From assembly GCF_004010195.1 (NCBI RefSeq), contig NC_057712.1:87911872-87975871 (forward strand): DNA of 64,000 bases, in the 5' to 3' direction. This DNA comes from Chiloscyllium plagiosum (Eukaryota). The translations under genes were made by a program, and so were the position numbers. Shown here piece by piece: positions 51,005 through 63,164 of the stretch; the stretch's first letter is position 1; each line of letters opens with the position of its first letter. The notes under the pieces were generated by a model, which was not told the origin of the DNA, did no database searches, and worked only from the letters and a program-made list of their open reading frames with translations.

Positions 51005-52235
51005 AAGAGTGAAGAACAGTATAGCAGAGGAACTGGCCTTTCAGCCCACCATGACAGCACCAACACATGATACATTTCTCAACTAAAAACCTTTTGGCTC
51101 TACACAGTCTGTGTTCCTCTATTCCCTGCTGATTCATATATCTGTCCAGACACCTCTTAAGGTTGCCTTATATCTACCACCATCATCCCCTCTGGCAGTG
51201 CATTCCAGGCACTTACCTCCTATGGTAAGTGCAAAAAACTTCCTTCTCTCATCCCCTTTAAACTTATACATTAAACCTATGTCCCAAGTAATTGACATTT
51301 CACCAATGGAATAAAGACTCCAACTATTCATTTTTGTCCATATTTCTCATAATATTGTAAACTTCTATCAGGTTGCCCCTCATCTGCTTTAAACCTATGT
51401 CCCAAGTAATTGACATTTCACCAATGGAATAAAGATCCAACTATTCATTTTTGTCCATATTTCTCATAATATTGTAAACTTCTATTAGGTTGCCCCTCAT
51501 CTGCTGACATTTAACTGAAAACAAACCAAGTTTGTCCAATGTCTCCCCTTTAGCTAACAACCTCCAAACCATGAACCATCCTGGGATATCATTTCTGGAC
51601 CCTCTCCAAAGCCACCACATATTTCTGGTAGTGTGGTGATCAGAACAGCACACAATATTCTAGATGTTGCCGAACTAAACTTCTATACGACTACAGCATG
51701 ACTTGCCAATTTTTATATTCTATGCCCTGACTGATGAGGCAATCATGCCATATGCCTTCATGACCACCTTATCAACTTGTGTTGCTACTTTCATGGAACT
51801 GTGGACCTGTATGCCTAGATCCCTCAGTATGTTAATGCTGCCATGGGTTTTGTCACTTACTGTATACTCCCCTCCTGCATTGTACCTTCCAAAATGCATC
51901 ATTTCACATTTGTCCAGATTAAACTCTATCTGCCATTTATTGGGACAACTGTCCAGCCTATCTATATCCGGTTGTATCCTCTGGCAATCCTCCTTCCTAT
52001 CCACGGCTCCACCAATCCTTGTGTGGTCCACAAACTTACTGATCAGACCATCTATATTCTCCTCTAAGATACTTATATAGTTAACAAACAACAGGAGTGC
52101 CAGCAGTGATCCTTATGGAAGAACATTGGTCATAGATCTCCAGTCAGAAAAATACCTCTCCACTGCTACTTTGTGTCTTCTATGACTAAGCCAGTTCTCT
52201 ATCCAATCTACCAGCTCAGCAGACCTTATGTGACT
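51005..52235 (-). mobile_element. CR1 RT and 3' fragment with internal 118-bp tandem duplication (51271-51505)
   Basis: ORF 51720-52091: LISKFVDHTRIGGAVD..DCQRIQ.DIDRL...FNLDKCEMMHFG. Confidence 0.9.
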
Positions 52236-53058
52236 TCACCTGCTGAGTTTCTCCAGTAATTTCTGCTTTTGCTTCAGATCTTCAGCAGCCTCAGTTCTTT
52301 GTTTTATTATATTTCAATGCTGTTAACTTATGTAATTAACAGAAATAGAAAGCTTTAACATACCTATTCTAACAAAGGGGAGAAATAATGTTTAGGTTTT
52401 GTGAGCAAAAGCCCAGTCAATGATATGGGTTTAAAATGACCTTAGAAGTGTAGAGGGTGGGTAAGGAGGTGGAACGTGTGGAGAGAGACTTCAAAAGTGG
52501 GGCTTCAAAAAAAGGTAAAATGAGGTGAGCAAATAATGCACAGGTGGTGGAATAAAAGAAAGTGGTGAATTTGAGGTTTGGGGCATTTTGTTGGAGGAGA
52601 AATGGATAATTATAGCATTGATAGAAGCTAGAGAAATAGAGGGTAAGGCCATGAAGAAGTATAATTATAGAGATAACAATTTCAAATACGATGCCCCAAT
52701 GGACTGAGACTCAATAAGAAGAAGCTGTTGGGTGAGCGTGAGAAAAAAATAATATCCAGCGATAATATCAGCATTGATGTGACCCTTATAAGTTACAAAC
52801 CCTCTGATAGTGTCCAGGGATGTACAGGTTAGATGGATTATCCATGGGAAGCACAGGATTCAGGAATAGAGTGGGAGGATGGTACTAGGTACAAAGTTCT
52901 TCAGTGGGGTGGTGTAGACTCGATGGGCCGAATGGCCTGATTCCACACTCTAGGGAATTCTATTGATTCTATGATCCTTCCTAACTAGAATACCTACTCT
53001 TAATTATAATGCTATTTTTGTTCTCATTGCAGGAGCAAGAATCAAAACCATACAGACA

Positions 53059-53240
53059 ATGAATGGATCTCAGACACTATGTTGGACCTGGCACAATGAA
53101 TCTGATTGGATAAATGAGTCCTTCACCGCTCATTATCACATGTTTGATATGGTAGAATCAATACTCCTTCCTTCTTTCATTGGTGTTATCTGTTCCACAG
53201 GATTGGTCGGAAATATTCTCATCCTCATTACCATTACCAG
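53059..53240 (+). CDS. MCHR2: MCHR2 first coding exon (N-terminus and TM1); the exon starts at 53033 with 26 nt of 5'UTR
   Basis: Translates [60 protein letters not shown](R), closely matching MCHR2 '[26 protein letters not shown]'. Acceptor ttttgttctcattgcag|GAG at 53032/53033. Donor CAG|gtacag at 53240/53241. 182 coding nt, phase 2. Confidence 0.95.
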
Positions 53241-54039
53241 GTACAGAGAAACAAAACTGAAAGATTAAGATTGCACCAGAAGTGTACAGAATTATTGAAT
53301 ATTAATGCTTATATTTTAGTTGAAGCAAGGTGTTATTTTGAGTCATAAGCTTTTAGAATAACACAGAATTCTATCTGGTAAACACTTGCATTCTTCTGCT
53401 GTCAAGTTGTACAAAGATAAGGAACAATTGTTGGTGCAGGCATTCCAAAGCAGGTAAATAAGTCTGACTTAAACATTCTAAATAAACCTGTATTGAAATC
53501 AAAAGTAAAATAAGACACTGAAAAATCTGTATTAATTGGCAAATGTCCCACTGATCCTTAGATATTGGTGATTTTGTGCTATAAAAGATCATTAGGCATT
53601 TATTAAAGGTGAATTGGAGAGGGAGGATGTATTCCTCAACCCTCAGACAGTCATGAGTCAGTCAGCGCCTTGCAAACTCTAATAGTTAGTTTAATAAAGT
53701 TAGAATGTGACTTCCACTCTCAGGCACAGAACATTCTGTACGCAATCTGACCAATCTGATTGGCTGGCCATATTTTAGTCTCAGCATCGCCAGAACACCA
53801 TAGTGGTCAATGCTGGAACAACAAGCAGTTCCAAGAAGAACTGAACGGAAAACAGCAAATGCTGGAGATGACAGCGGGTCAGAGAACATCTCTTGCTCCA
53901 AGAAGAACTGAATATGCAGTGGAATTTTCCTGTTCTTTGAGGTGTTGGGAGAGGTGGTGAAAAGAGAAATAGGATTCAATGAAGAGTGCAGGAGGGCAGG
54001 CCAAGAGCTGCACCAGGCAAACAGAAAACTGAGATGTCA

Positions 54040-54700
54040 ATAGCAACAAAACAGAATTATTACTGTGGTAAACAGTATAGGCATCAAGTGATAGACCAAG
54101 TAATTCCACTACTAATGGATCAGATCTAAAGTCTGCAGTCCTGCTGTATCTTGTCTTGAATGGTCATGGGTAATTAAACAACTCACTTGAGGAGGACGTT
54201 CTTCAAATATTCTTATACTCAGTCATGGGGGAGCCCAGCACATCAGCGCAAACGTTAAGGCTAATGCATTAACAACAACCTTTAACTTGAAGTGTTGAGT
54301 GAATAATTCATCTCATACTATTCCAGAGCTCTCCAGTGACATATATGCCAAAATTCAACCAACCTTTTTCATTCCACGTGTTATCAAGAAAACCTTAGAG
54401 TCACTGAATACTGAAAAGATTATGGATCCTGACAATATTCTGGCAATTGTCCTGAAGACCTGAAATCCAGAACATACCATCTGCAACACTGGCACCTACC
54501 TAACAATGTGGAAATTTGCCCCAGTATGCCCTATACATGAAAAGCAAAACAAATCCAACCCAGTCCATTGTCACCCCATCAGAATATTCTTGATCATCAG
54601 TAAAATGATGGGAGGTGCCATCAACACTGCTATCAGGCAGCACCTATTCGTGCTTTCCTGCTCAGTTTGAGTTCCACCAGGGCCACCTAGCTTCACATAT
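54040..54700 (+). mobile_element. Degenerate non-LTR LINE (CR1/L2 group) ORF2 fragment in the MCHR2 intron
   Basis: Reads ..GGAQHISA..KA.A.., DPDNI..IVLKT, TGTYL..WKFA.V.P.HE KQNKSNP..HPI, the pre-RT motifs 'GPD.I', 'WK.A.V.P..K', 'NYRPI'. Related relics at ~19400-19700 and ~20700-21190. Confidence 0.6.
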
Positions 54701-55898
54701 TCACATGTGCAAAGTTAGTAAGGAGTTTTACCTAACAACATGAGCACTATCACACACATCCTAATCTGCATAATTGCATTAACCTGTCACTTTGTGTTCA
54801 TAAATCTGCTCCCAATAGATTCACTTTCTGCCTGATCATAAGTTGTTCATGATCTTTGCACATGCACATCTTCTCCATTTTTTTCACCCTACTGTTGATG
54901 GTCAGACTTCCAGGCACCTAGCTCCTAAATTCTGGAGTTCCTTTTCTGTCTGACCTACTCCTTACCCTTCTTTATGACCAAGCTTCAAACCTGCCTTTTT
55001 GGTCGAGGTTTCAATCACCCCTGATAATAAGCCCTTCTCTGACTTGGTATCAGTTTTATCTGATTGCTCTTCACAAGAGTGACTTGGATTTTTGACAACT
55101 TCCTAGTTTAAAGACATCATGTAAAATGACTCAGCATTGTGAAGCAGCTCATAAGTGGCCTGATGCTCTTGTAACTGCCAAAGGACTATGTATTTCTTTT
55201 TACCAATTTAATAAAATTGAGGCTAGTTTGAGTTCAATCAATTATCCTACAATTGACTACACTGCCCATAGTCCAATGGAAGTTAGGGACATCGTTTTTA
55301 ATTCATAAATTCCCCATCCATGTTGCACACTGGGAACATAAATCATTCAAAGCGCCCTCTGATGCATTGAGGCAAATGATGGAAAATATGAAGCCTAATG
55401 CTTTCTCACTCACTTGAATATACCTGCATGAAGTAGATAGTTGGTAGGTTTGGAGCCATAGTCGCTGGGATTCCTCATCCAACCATTATCTTTATGGTTG
55501 CAAATCCATGAACATCCAAACTTTCAATTTGCAGTTTGTTCAGGACAGATTCCTTGCTTGGAGTGTTATGTCAGAAAATTATCGCAGATATTACACTAAA
55601 ATTACATGAATTAATATACTTTGATAAAAATACAGAGTCCTTAAAATAAGGTCTTATTCTTAAAAAAAATATATACCTAATAAATTACCCTTAGTAAATG
55701 TTAGAATTAACAGGACATGTGGTTATAATTGAGCAATACATATTATTGTCATCACACTGTAGTCTCCTTTACTGAACCCATTGCTTGAATAAACCCATCA
55801 CTAAACAGCATGAAGTATCTCTCATGAGGCACCAAATATATTTAATTTACTGGGCAATAATATCAATTCTGACTGAATTACATTTGGATTTGTTTCAG

Positions 55899-56108
55899 AT
55901 CAGTGCGGAAGACCATTCCAGATATTTATATTTGTAACCTAGCTGTGGCAGATTTGGTTCATATTATTGGAATGCCATTTCTGATTCATCAGTGGGCACA
56001 AGGAGGCAAGTGGGTGTTTGGCAGTACTCTCTGCACCACTATCACATCACTAGACAGTTGCAACCAGTTTTCGTGTTGTGCAATTATGACTGCTATGAGT
56101 CTGGACAG
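55899..56108 (+). CDS. MCHR2: MCHR2 second coding exon (ICL1, TM2, ECL1, TM3 up to DR of DRY)
   Basis: Acceptor tttgtttcag|A at 55898/55899 completes the AG+A Arg codon. Then [69 protein letters not shown](R). Donor AG|gtaagc at 56108/56109. 210 nt, frame consistent with the previous exon. Confidence 0.96.
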
Positions 56109-56439
56109 GTAAGCAAGAGAACAAATTTGTTAAGTTAACAGATCTTTAAATTAATCAAAAATAACTCTTTTTAAAAATTAATTCATGCCTGTGATGTGGA
56201 CACACTTCACAATTAAGGCCAACAATTTTAGTTTTTTGCCAGTTGCCTAATTGAATACGATTCAGTGACTTGCTCAGCCATTTCAAATGACAATTGAGAG
56301 TCATGCACTTTATTGTGGGTTGGGAATTACATTTGGCCAGAACAATGAAGGAAATACTTCCTTTTCTAAAGATTATGAGTAAAACATGTGTACTTTTTAA
56401 TGAGAATGCAGTTACTTAATGGCTACCATTATTTTTAAT

Positions 56440-56537
56440 GATTTGGAGACAATCACCTGATGAAGGAACGGCACTCCGAAAGCTAGTGCTTCCAATTAAA
56501 CCTGTTGGACTATAACCTGGTGTTGTGTGATTTTTAA
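56440..56537 (+). mobile_element. Short PLE-derived element (family C) inside an older SINE in the MCHR2 intron
   Basis: 13-bp TSD cattatt(t/g)ttaat at 56427-56439 and 56538-56550; contains a hammerhead motif. Confidence 0.75.
56454..56488 (+). ncRNA. Minimal hammerhead ribozyme motif, sense to MCHR2
   Basis: CAC-CTGATGA-A-GGA-ACGGCAC-TCC-GAA-AGCT-A-GTG. Stem I CAC/GTG, canonical CUGAUGA, stem II GGA/TCC, palindromic AGCT, CUA triplet. Confidence 0.75.
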
Positions 56538-57440
56538 CATTATTGTTAATAGTTTTTTATTATAGATTTATTTCATTAATTTTGTTTGAATTTCTCAGCT
56601 ACTGTGTTGAGATTTGAACTCACGACTCCAGTTCGATCAATACAAGCTTCAATCACATACCCACTCCTCATCTTGTACTTACCTATCCAGTTGTGAGTGT
56701 TAAAACAAGGAACTCAGTCAGGTCTCACAGCTGGGAATTTAAGAGTCAGATGTGCATCAGTCAATTCAATGAAATGTCCATATCACAAGATGCCCCACTA
56801 TCTGAATATGATAGAAGATCACTCCAATATTTGAGTTATCTGTGTCAAATAATCAAGTATGACAGGAGCCCTCAAGCTATAAATATGATGACCAATCTAT
56901 GTTCACAGGATATGCTTTAATCATGTCTTCATAAACCATAGAATATGTCTTTGTAAGCACACAGAATACAGTACAAGAATCATTGAGTCGATACAGAGCT
57001 TATGATTGAAAAGGTGATGGTTTAACAATGCAGTACCTGTGAGAAGATAAAAGGAAAAACACTATCATGTATCTTTAGCCCGTAGAATTTAATCAAACTC
57101 TTAAAGTACCAAAGGAAGTTCCTGCCTGGAGAATTTTGAGGTAAAAACTTAACCCTGTCAAGCTCAGAAAACTATTAGCAGATAGTTGTTGCATGCATAC
57201 ACCCTGCTGAATTTGACTTTCCATTGATGCCTCTGGGTCACTTTTTATACCTGTGCCAAAGATAAATTACTCCTTCCAAATTAATAAAATATTTTTCCAT
57301 TTCTTCCTATTTCTTCTCTACAATTTTCCTTGGATCACTTCAATGTAATAATGGTGACCCTGTGATTACTTCATTATTTATGGCAACACAGGACAGTCGT
57401 AAAATATACTTTCTTGTTTTGTTATTAAGCCACTTCAGCG

Positions 57441-59087
57441 TTACAGAGTCATAGAGTCATAGAGATGTACAGCATGGAAACAGACCCTTCGGTCCAACTC
57501 ATCTATGCCGACCAGATATCCCAACCCAATCTGGTCCCACCTGCCAGCTCCCGGCCCATATCCCTCCAAACCCTTCCTATTCATATACCCATCCAAATGC
57601 CTTTTAAATGTTACAATTGTACCAGCCTGCATCACTTCCTCTGACAGCTCATTCCATATTCGTACCACCCTCTTTGTGCAAAACTTGCCCCTTAGGTCTC
57701 TTTTGTATCTTTCCCCTCTCACCCTAAACCTATGCCCTCTAGTTCTGGACTCCTCGACCCCAGGGAAAAGACTTTGTCAATTTACCCTGTCTATGCCCCT
57801 CATAATTTTGTAAACCTCTGTAAGGTCACCCCTCAGTCTCCGACACTCCAGGGAAAATACCCCCAGCCTGTTCAGCCTCTCCCTATAGTTCGAATCCTCC
57901 AACCCTGGCAACATCCTTGTAAATCTTTTCTGAATCCTTTTGAGTTTCACAACATCTTTCTGAAAGGAAGGAGTCCAGAATTGCATGCAATATTCCAACA
58001 GTGGCCAAACCAATGCCCTGTACAGCCGCAACATGACCTCTCAACTCCTGTACTCAATACTCTGACCAATTAAAAAAAAGCATACCAAACACCTTCTTCA
58101 CTATCCTGTTTATCTGCGATTCCACTTTCAAGGAGCTATGAACCTGCACTCTAAGGTGTCTTTGTTCAGCAACACTCCCTCGGACCTTACCATTAAGTGT
58201 ATAAGTCCTGCTAAGATTTGCTTTCCCAAAGTGCAGCACCTCACATTTATCTGAATTAACCTCCACCTGCCACTTCTCAGCCCATTGGCCCATTTGGTCA
58301 AGATCCTGTTGAATCTGAGGTAATCCTCTTCGCTATCTACTACACCTCCAATTTTGGCGTCATCCGCAAACTTACTAACTGTACCCCTTTTGCTCGCATC
58401 CAAATCATTTATGTAAATGACAAAAAGTAGAGGGCCCAGCACCGATCCTTGTGTCACTCCACTGGTCCAGTCTGAAAAATAACCCTCCACTACCACCCTC
58501 TGTCTTCTACCTTTGAGTCAGTTCTGTATCCAAATGGCGAGTTCTCCCTGTATTCCGTGAGATCTAACCTTGCTAAACTAGTCTCCCATGGGGAACCTTG
58601 TCAAATGCCTTACTGAAGTCCATATAGATCACATCTACTGCTCTGCCCTCATCAATCCTCTTTGTTACTTCTTCAAAAAACTCAATCAAGTTTTGAGACA
58701 TGATTTCCCACGCACAATGCCATGTTGACTATCCCTAATCAGTCCTTGCCTTTCCAAATACATGTGTATCCTGTCCCTCAGGACTTGCTGATCTTTGAGG
58801 GGCCCTATTCTCTCCCTAGTTACCCTTTTGTCCTTAATGTATTTGTAGAAACCCTTTGGATTCTCCTTAATTCTATTTGCCAAGGCTATCTTATGTCCAT
58901 TTTTTGCCCTCCTGATTTCCCTCTTAAGTATACTCCTACTGTCTTATACTCTTCTGAGGATTCACTCGATCTATCCTGTCTATACCTTACATATGCTTCC
59001 TTCTTTTTCTTAACCAAATCCTCAATTTCTTTAGTCATCCAGCATTCCCTATACCTACCAGTGTTTTCTTTCACCCTGACAGGAATA
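57441..59087 (-). mobile_element. CR1 (HER1-like) ORF2 and 3' fragment with internal deletion near 58785
   Basis: ORFs: GVTQGSVLGPLLFVIYINDLD...SKFADD; IRDSQHGIVRGKSC; IKENPKGFYKYI. (gactctat)n tail. Confidence 0.95.
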
Positions 59088-59088
59088 T

Positions 59089-60020
59089 GCAGGAAAATTG
59101 GAGGTGTCGTGGACAGCGAAGAAGGTTACCTCAAAGTATAATTGGATCTTGATCAGATGGACCAATAGACTGAGGAGTGACAGATGGAGTTTAATTTAGA
59201 TAAATGTGAAGTGTAGCATTTTGTAAAGGCAAATCAGGACAGGACTTGTACACTTGATGGTAAGGTCCTAGGGAGTGTTGTTGAACAAAGAGACCTTGGA
59301 GCACAGGTTCATAGCTCCTTAAAAGTGGAGTCACAGGTAAATAGGATAGTGAAGAAAGGTGTCCATATAGAACATAGAACAAGGTATAGAACAATGTATG
59401 CTTGCCTTTGTTGGTCAGTGCATTGAGTATAGAATTGGGAGGTCATGTTGTAGGTATACAGGACCTTGATTAGGCTGCTGTTGGAATATTGCATGCAATT
59501 CTGGTGTCCCTGCTCTAGGAAAGATGTTGTGAAACTTGAAAGGGATCAGAAAAGATTGACAAAGATGTTGCCAAAGCTGGGGGGTTTGAATTATAGGGAG
59601 AGGCTGAATAGAACTGGGGCTATTTTCCCTGGAGTGTTGAAGGCTGAGCGGTGACCTTATAAAGGTTTTTAAATTCATGAAGGGCATGGATAAGGTAAAC
59701 AGACAAGGTCTTTTTCCCCAGAGTGGGAGAAGCCAAAACTAGAGGCTTTAGGTTTAAGGTGAGAGGGAACCAAAGGGGCAACTTTTTCATACAGAGGGTG
59801 GTGCATGTATGGAATGAGCAGCCAAAGGAAGTGGTGGAGGCTGGTTCAATTCCAACATTTAAAAGGCGCCTGGATGGGTATCTGAATAGAAAGGGATCAG
59901 AGAGGTTGGGGAAATGCTGTCAATTGGAACTTGATTTATTTATTATCTGGTCAATATGGACGTGTTAGACCAACAGGTCTGTTTCCCTGCTGTACATTTC
60001 TATGACTCTATGACTCTGTA
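59089..60020 (+). mobile_element. CR1 (HER1-like) 3' fragment, back-to-back with the previous copy
   Basis: Starts at KIGGVVDSEEG; LLEYCMQFW; tail ctatgactctatgactctgtaa. Confidence 0.93.
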
Positions 60021-61389
60021 ATGCGATGTTATTGTGGAGTCTGCCACGAGCGGAGCATGAAGCTTCACAATGGATTATTGAAGATTATCTAATGCATACA
60101 GGATGACCTTTTTCATTTATTCTCCTGAAGTGCTCAAATACTGATAAACTTTCCAATTTTGAACTCTTTGCACTGAGCATTGTATATCAGTCAAGAATTC
60201 AGTCAATAGAGATCAATATCTCACAGGATATTCTGCTCTTTAAAATTAAAATTAAACGGCAGAAAATCCTGCATGGCCTGCTGACCTTCATACAAGAATT
60301 CCTGGCTTGTTCTCTAAATACACAAATTTGTGGAATGGAAATAAGGATTCATAAAATCCAAGGGGTTATTTCAAAACTACCCAACCTGTGGATGTAAATA
60401 GTGAACAATTACCATCAGGACCAGATTGTGACTAGGTTCCCATCATCTGGGATAATAACCTACTCTCCTGAACAGCTCACAGAACACTCTCCTCAAAACT
60501 CGTGTCATCCATTTTTCTTTAAGCATACTCAGCCCTGATAGTAATGTTATCATCGGGAATGTGTGTGTGTGTAAGTCACTGTCAATGATTGAGCACCAGA
60601 CTCACTGCATACACTTTTGACACTAGATTTATTACACTGTGCAGCCCTAAGCCCCAGAAGTTACATACGTTTACATTAAATAACATTATTCATCTGAAAC
60701 TCATTCACGTTAAAGACGACAGATATCAATACTGACACTACTCTTCAACATACAAAGACACTTTATTCATGGTCTGTTAGATTCTTTCAATGATATATTC
60801 AGAGCATGAACTATTGATTTACATTTCACTAGATCAATTTACATGTCAGCTCCTTGAGAAAACGGCTTAATGGTATTGACCTAAGATGAGTGGTTCAATG
60901 AAAATAATTAATAGGGGATCAAACTGTTCTATTTCCTTAACATTTTTTTTTGTCTTTTTATGTATATAAGTATCATCAATATTGTATAAAAAGGACTGCT
61001 CTCATGCTATAATTATTGGTTGATATACTGAATTATGTATCAATTGAACTGAATATTTTGAAGGGAAATCTAAATCTTGAATTTTGATAATCATTCAAAA
61101 GCATTATTGAATGCAGTTGAAGGACAAGGGTAAATTTCAAGTGCGTTATTAGTTGAAGGGAGGAATCTCCAGACTTGCACTTCCTTACAGAAACGTGCCA
61201 TCAGAAAGGTTAGGTCAAAAATTCACACAATGTGCAGAACAATGTTCATCTATTTTTCTCTTTTAGCTGTAATCTACCAACTATATTTCCTGAAATTTTG
61301 GTGAAAATCTAAGCATTTGTTTACTTTGTACCTCTTCTCCATGTAGTTTATGTATCAAAACTCAAACTGTATTTAAAAAATAACACCAG

Positions 61390-61676
61390 CAGAGATGCCA
61401 TCTTTCAAATGAAACACTAGACTGTCTCCCTCGCTGTCCTCTCAGATGAACATTAATAATCCCTTGACAATATTTTGAAGACATTTGGCATTATGGCCAG
61501 TATCTACACATCAAACTTACAAATGATCTAATATTATTCCATTGTAGCTGTGGGAACTTGCTGTATGTGCATTGTCTACCACTTATCCATTTATTTCTGC
61601 ATTTCAAAAGTACTTGTCTGCAAAGTACGACTGAACATCCTAAAGCAGTGAAGGGATGCTACATAAATCGAGTTCA
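61390..61676 (+). mobile_element. Ancient Deu-domain SINE relic (SacSINE1/AmnSINE1-like)
   Basis: gccatctttcaaatga..., cattgtagctgtgggaacttgctgt, ttcaaaagtactt and gtgaagggatgctacataaat resemble the Deu domain and L2-like tail. Confidence 0.55.
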
Positions 61677-61864
61677 AACTTGTGTGATTTTTATAATGAG
61701 TGCATAATTTAATAGATTAGTATATACAGGAAAGTTCCTTCCAATCATTTCCATCTGTTAGCAGTGCTGATTGACCACACGAGTCTTACGATGAACTTGA
61801 TGAATGTATCAGATCTGGCTTGAAATTATTAATGGGAATCTCACAGCCTCAGCTGAAGTGAATT

Positions 61865-62252
61865 CTTTGGTTTTCTTTATTTTTGTTCATGGGTCGTGGG
61901 ATGTCACTGGCAAGGCCAGCAGTTGTTGCCCGTCCCTAAATGTCTTGAACTGAGTGCCTTGCGAGACCATTTCAGAGGGTCCACATTGTTAAGGGTTTGA
62001 TATTACAGATAGGCCAGACCAGATAAGAACAGCAGGTTGCTTTCACCGAGGGGAATTAGCAAAATCAAATGGGATTTTTATGACAATGATGATAGTTTCA
62101 TGCCTCCCATTACTGACTAAATCTCAGTTCCAGATTTTATTAATTGAATTCAAATTCCACTAGCTAGCACGGTCGGATTTGAGCCCATGCCCTTACCGGG
62201 TTTGTATGGGTTACTAATCTAGTGGTGTTCCCACAAGGCCACCATCCGCCCT
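61865..62252 (-). mobile_element. Old tRNA-derived SINE; related copy at ~56180-56670
   Basis: gtcactggcaaggccagca.ttgttgccc.tccctaa at the left; ttgaattcaaattcc and ggatttgagcccatg (reverse-complement B box) at the right. Confidence 0.55.
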
Positions 62253-63164
62253 TTTACTGGTTTAGGTATAAACCTAAAAGGAAATGGGGAAACATGTTGC
62301 AATAGCAAGTTGTTATGATTTAAAATGCATTGCCTGACAGGGTGTCAATAGTAGATTCAAAACTGAACTGGATAAATGCCTGAGGTGAGGTGTCTATTTG
62401 CATATTTTGAAATTGCTCCTTAAATGGTTGCAACTGCATCACTGTTCACCTATCCCTTAACTGAATTTGCCAGTTCACTTCACTTTAGCTAGTTCTGCTT
62501 TTGTGCCCTTATAATTGTCCTTGTAATTATAAGTTTAACATGCTAATCCTTGATGTACTCTTCACTCCTTCAAAGTGAATGTAAAATTCAATTATATTGT
62601 GATTGATACTGTCTAGCAATGCCTTCACTAGGAGGTTATTAATTCGTCCCACCTCTTTGCACAATGTCTTGTCGAGTACAGCCTACTCTCCTTTTGACTC
62701 GAGAATGTGGTGTTCTAAAAATATTATCCCAAAACATGCTATGTACATCACATTTAGGCTATTTTTGCCCATCTAATTTTTCCAATCCATATGCAGATCA
62801 AAAACTCACTTGATTTTGTCATTTCTTTCTGACAAGCTCTAATATTTCTTTCTTATTCTCCATCCTCCCATGTGATAGCAGACACGGAGCCTGTTTTGCA
62901 AGTGACTTCTTGTCATTATCATTTCTCATCTCTACCCAAACCACTTCGACATCCTGGTTTCCTGAGCTTAGGTCATCCTTCTCTGTTGTGCTAATACCTG
63001 TTTTCTATTCTTACATGTAGTTTGGGTGTTGCTGACAAGATCAGCATTTGTTGCCCATCCGAATTGCCCTTGAGTGGCTTGATGGCCATAATAAATTAAT
63101 TAAATAACACAACAACCTCCCCACCTTTTCTTCGCTGTCCTTCCCTAAGTGTCATATATCCATA

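Noticed and set aside
53241-53268. C-terminal YRETKLKD of the 69-aa ORF
   Set aside because: Intron read-through past the GT donor at 53241.
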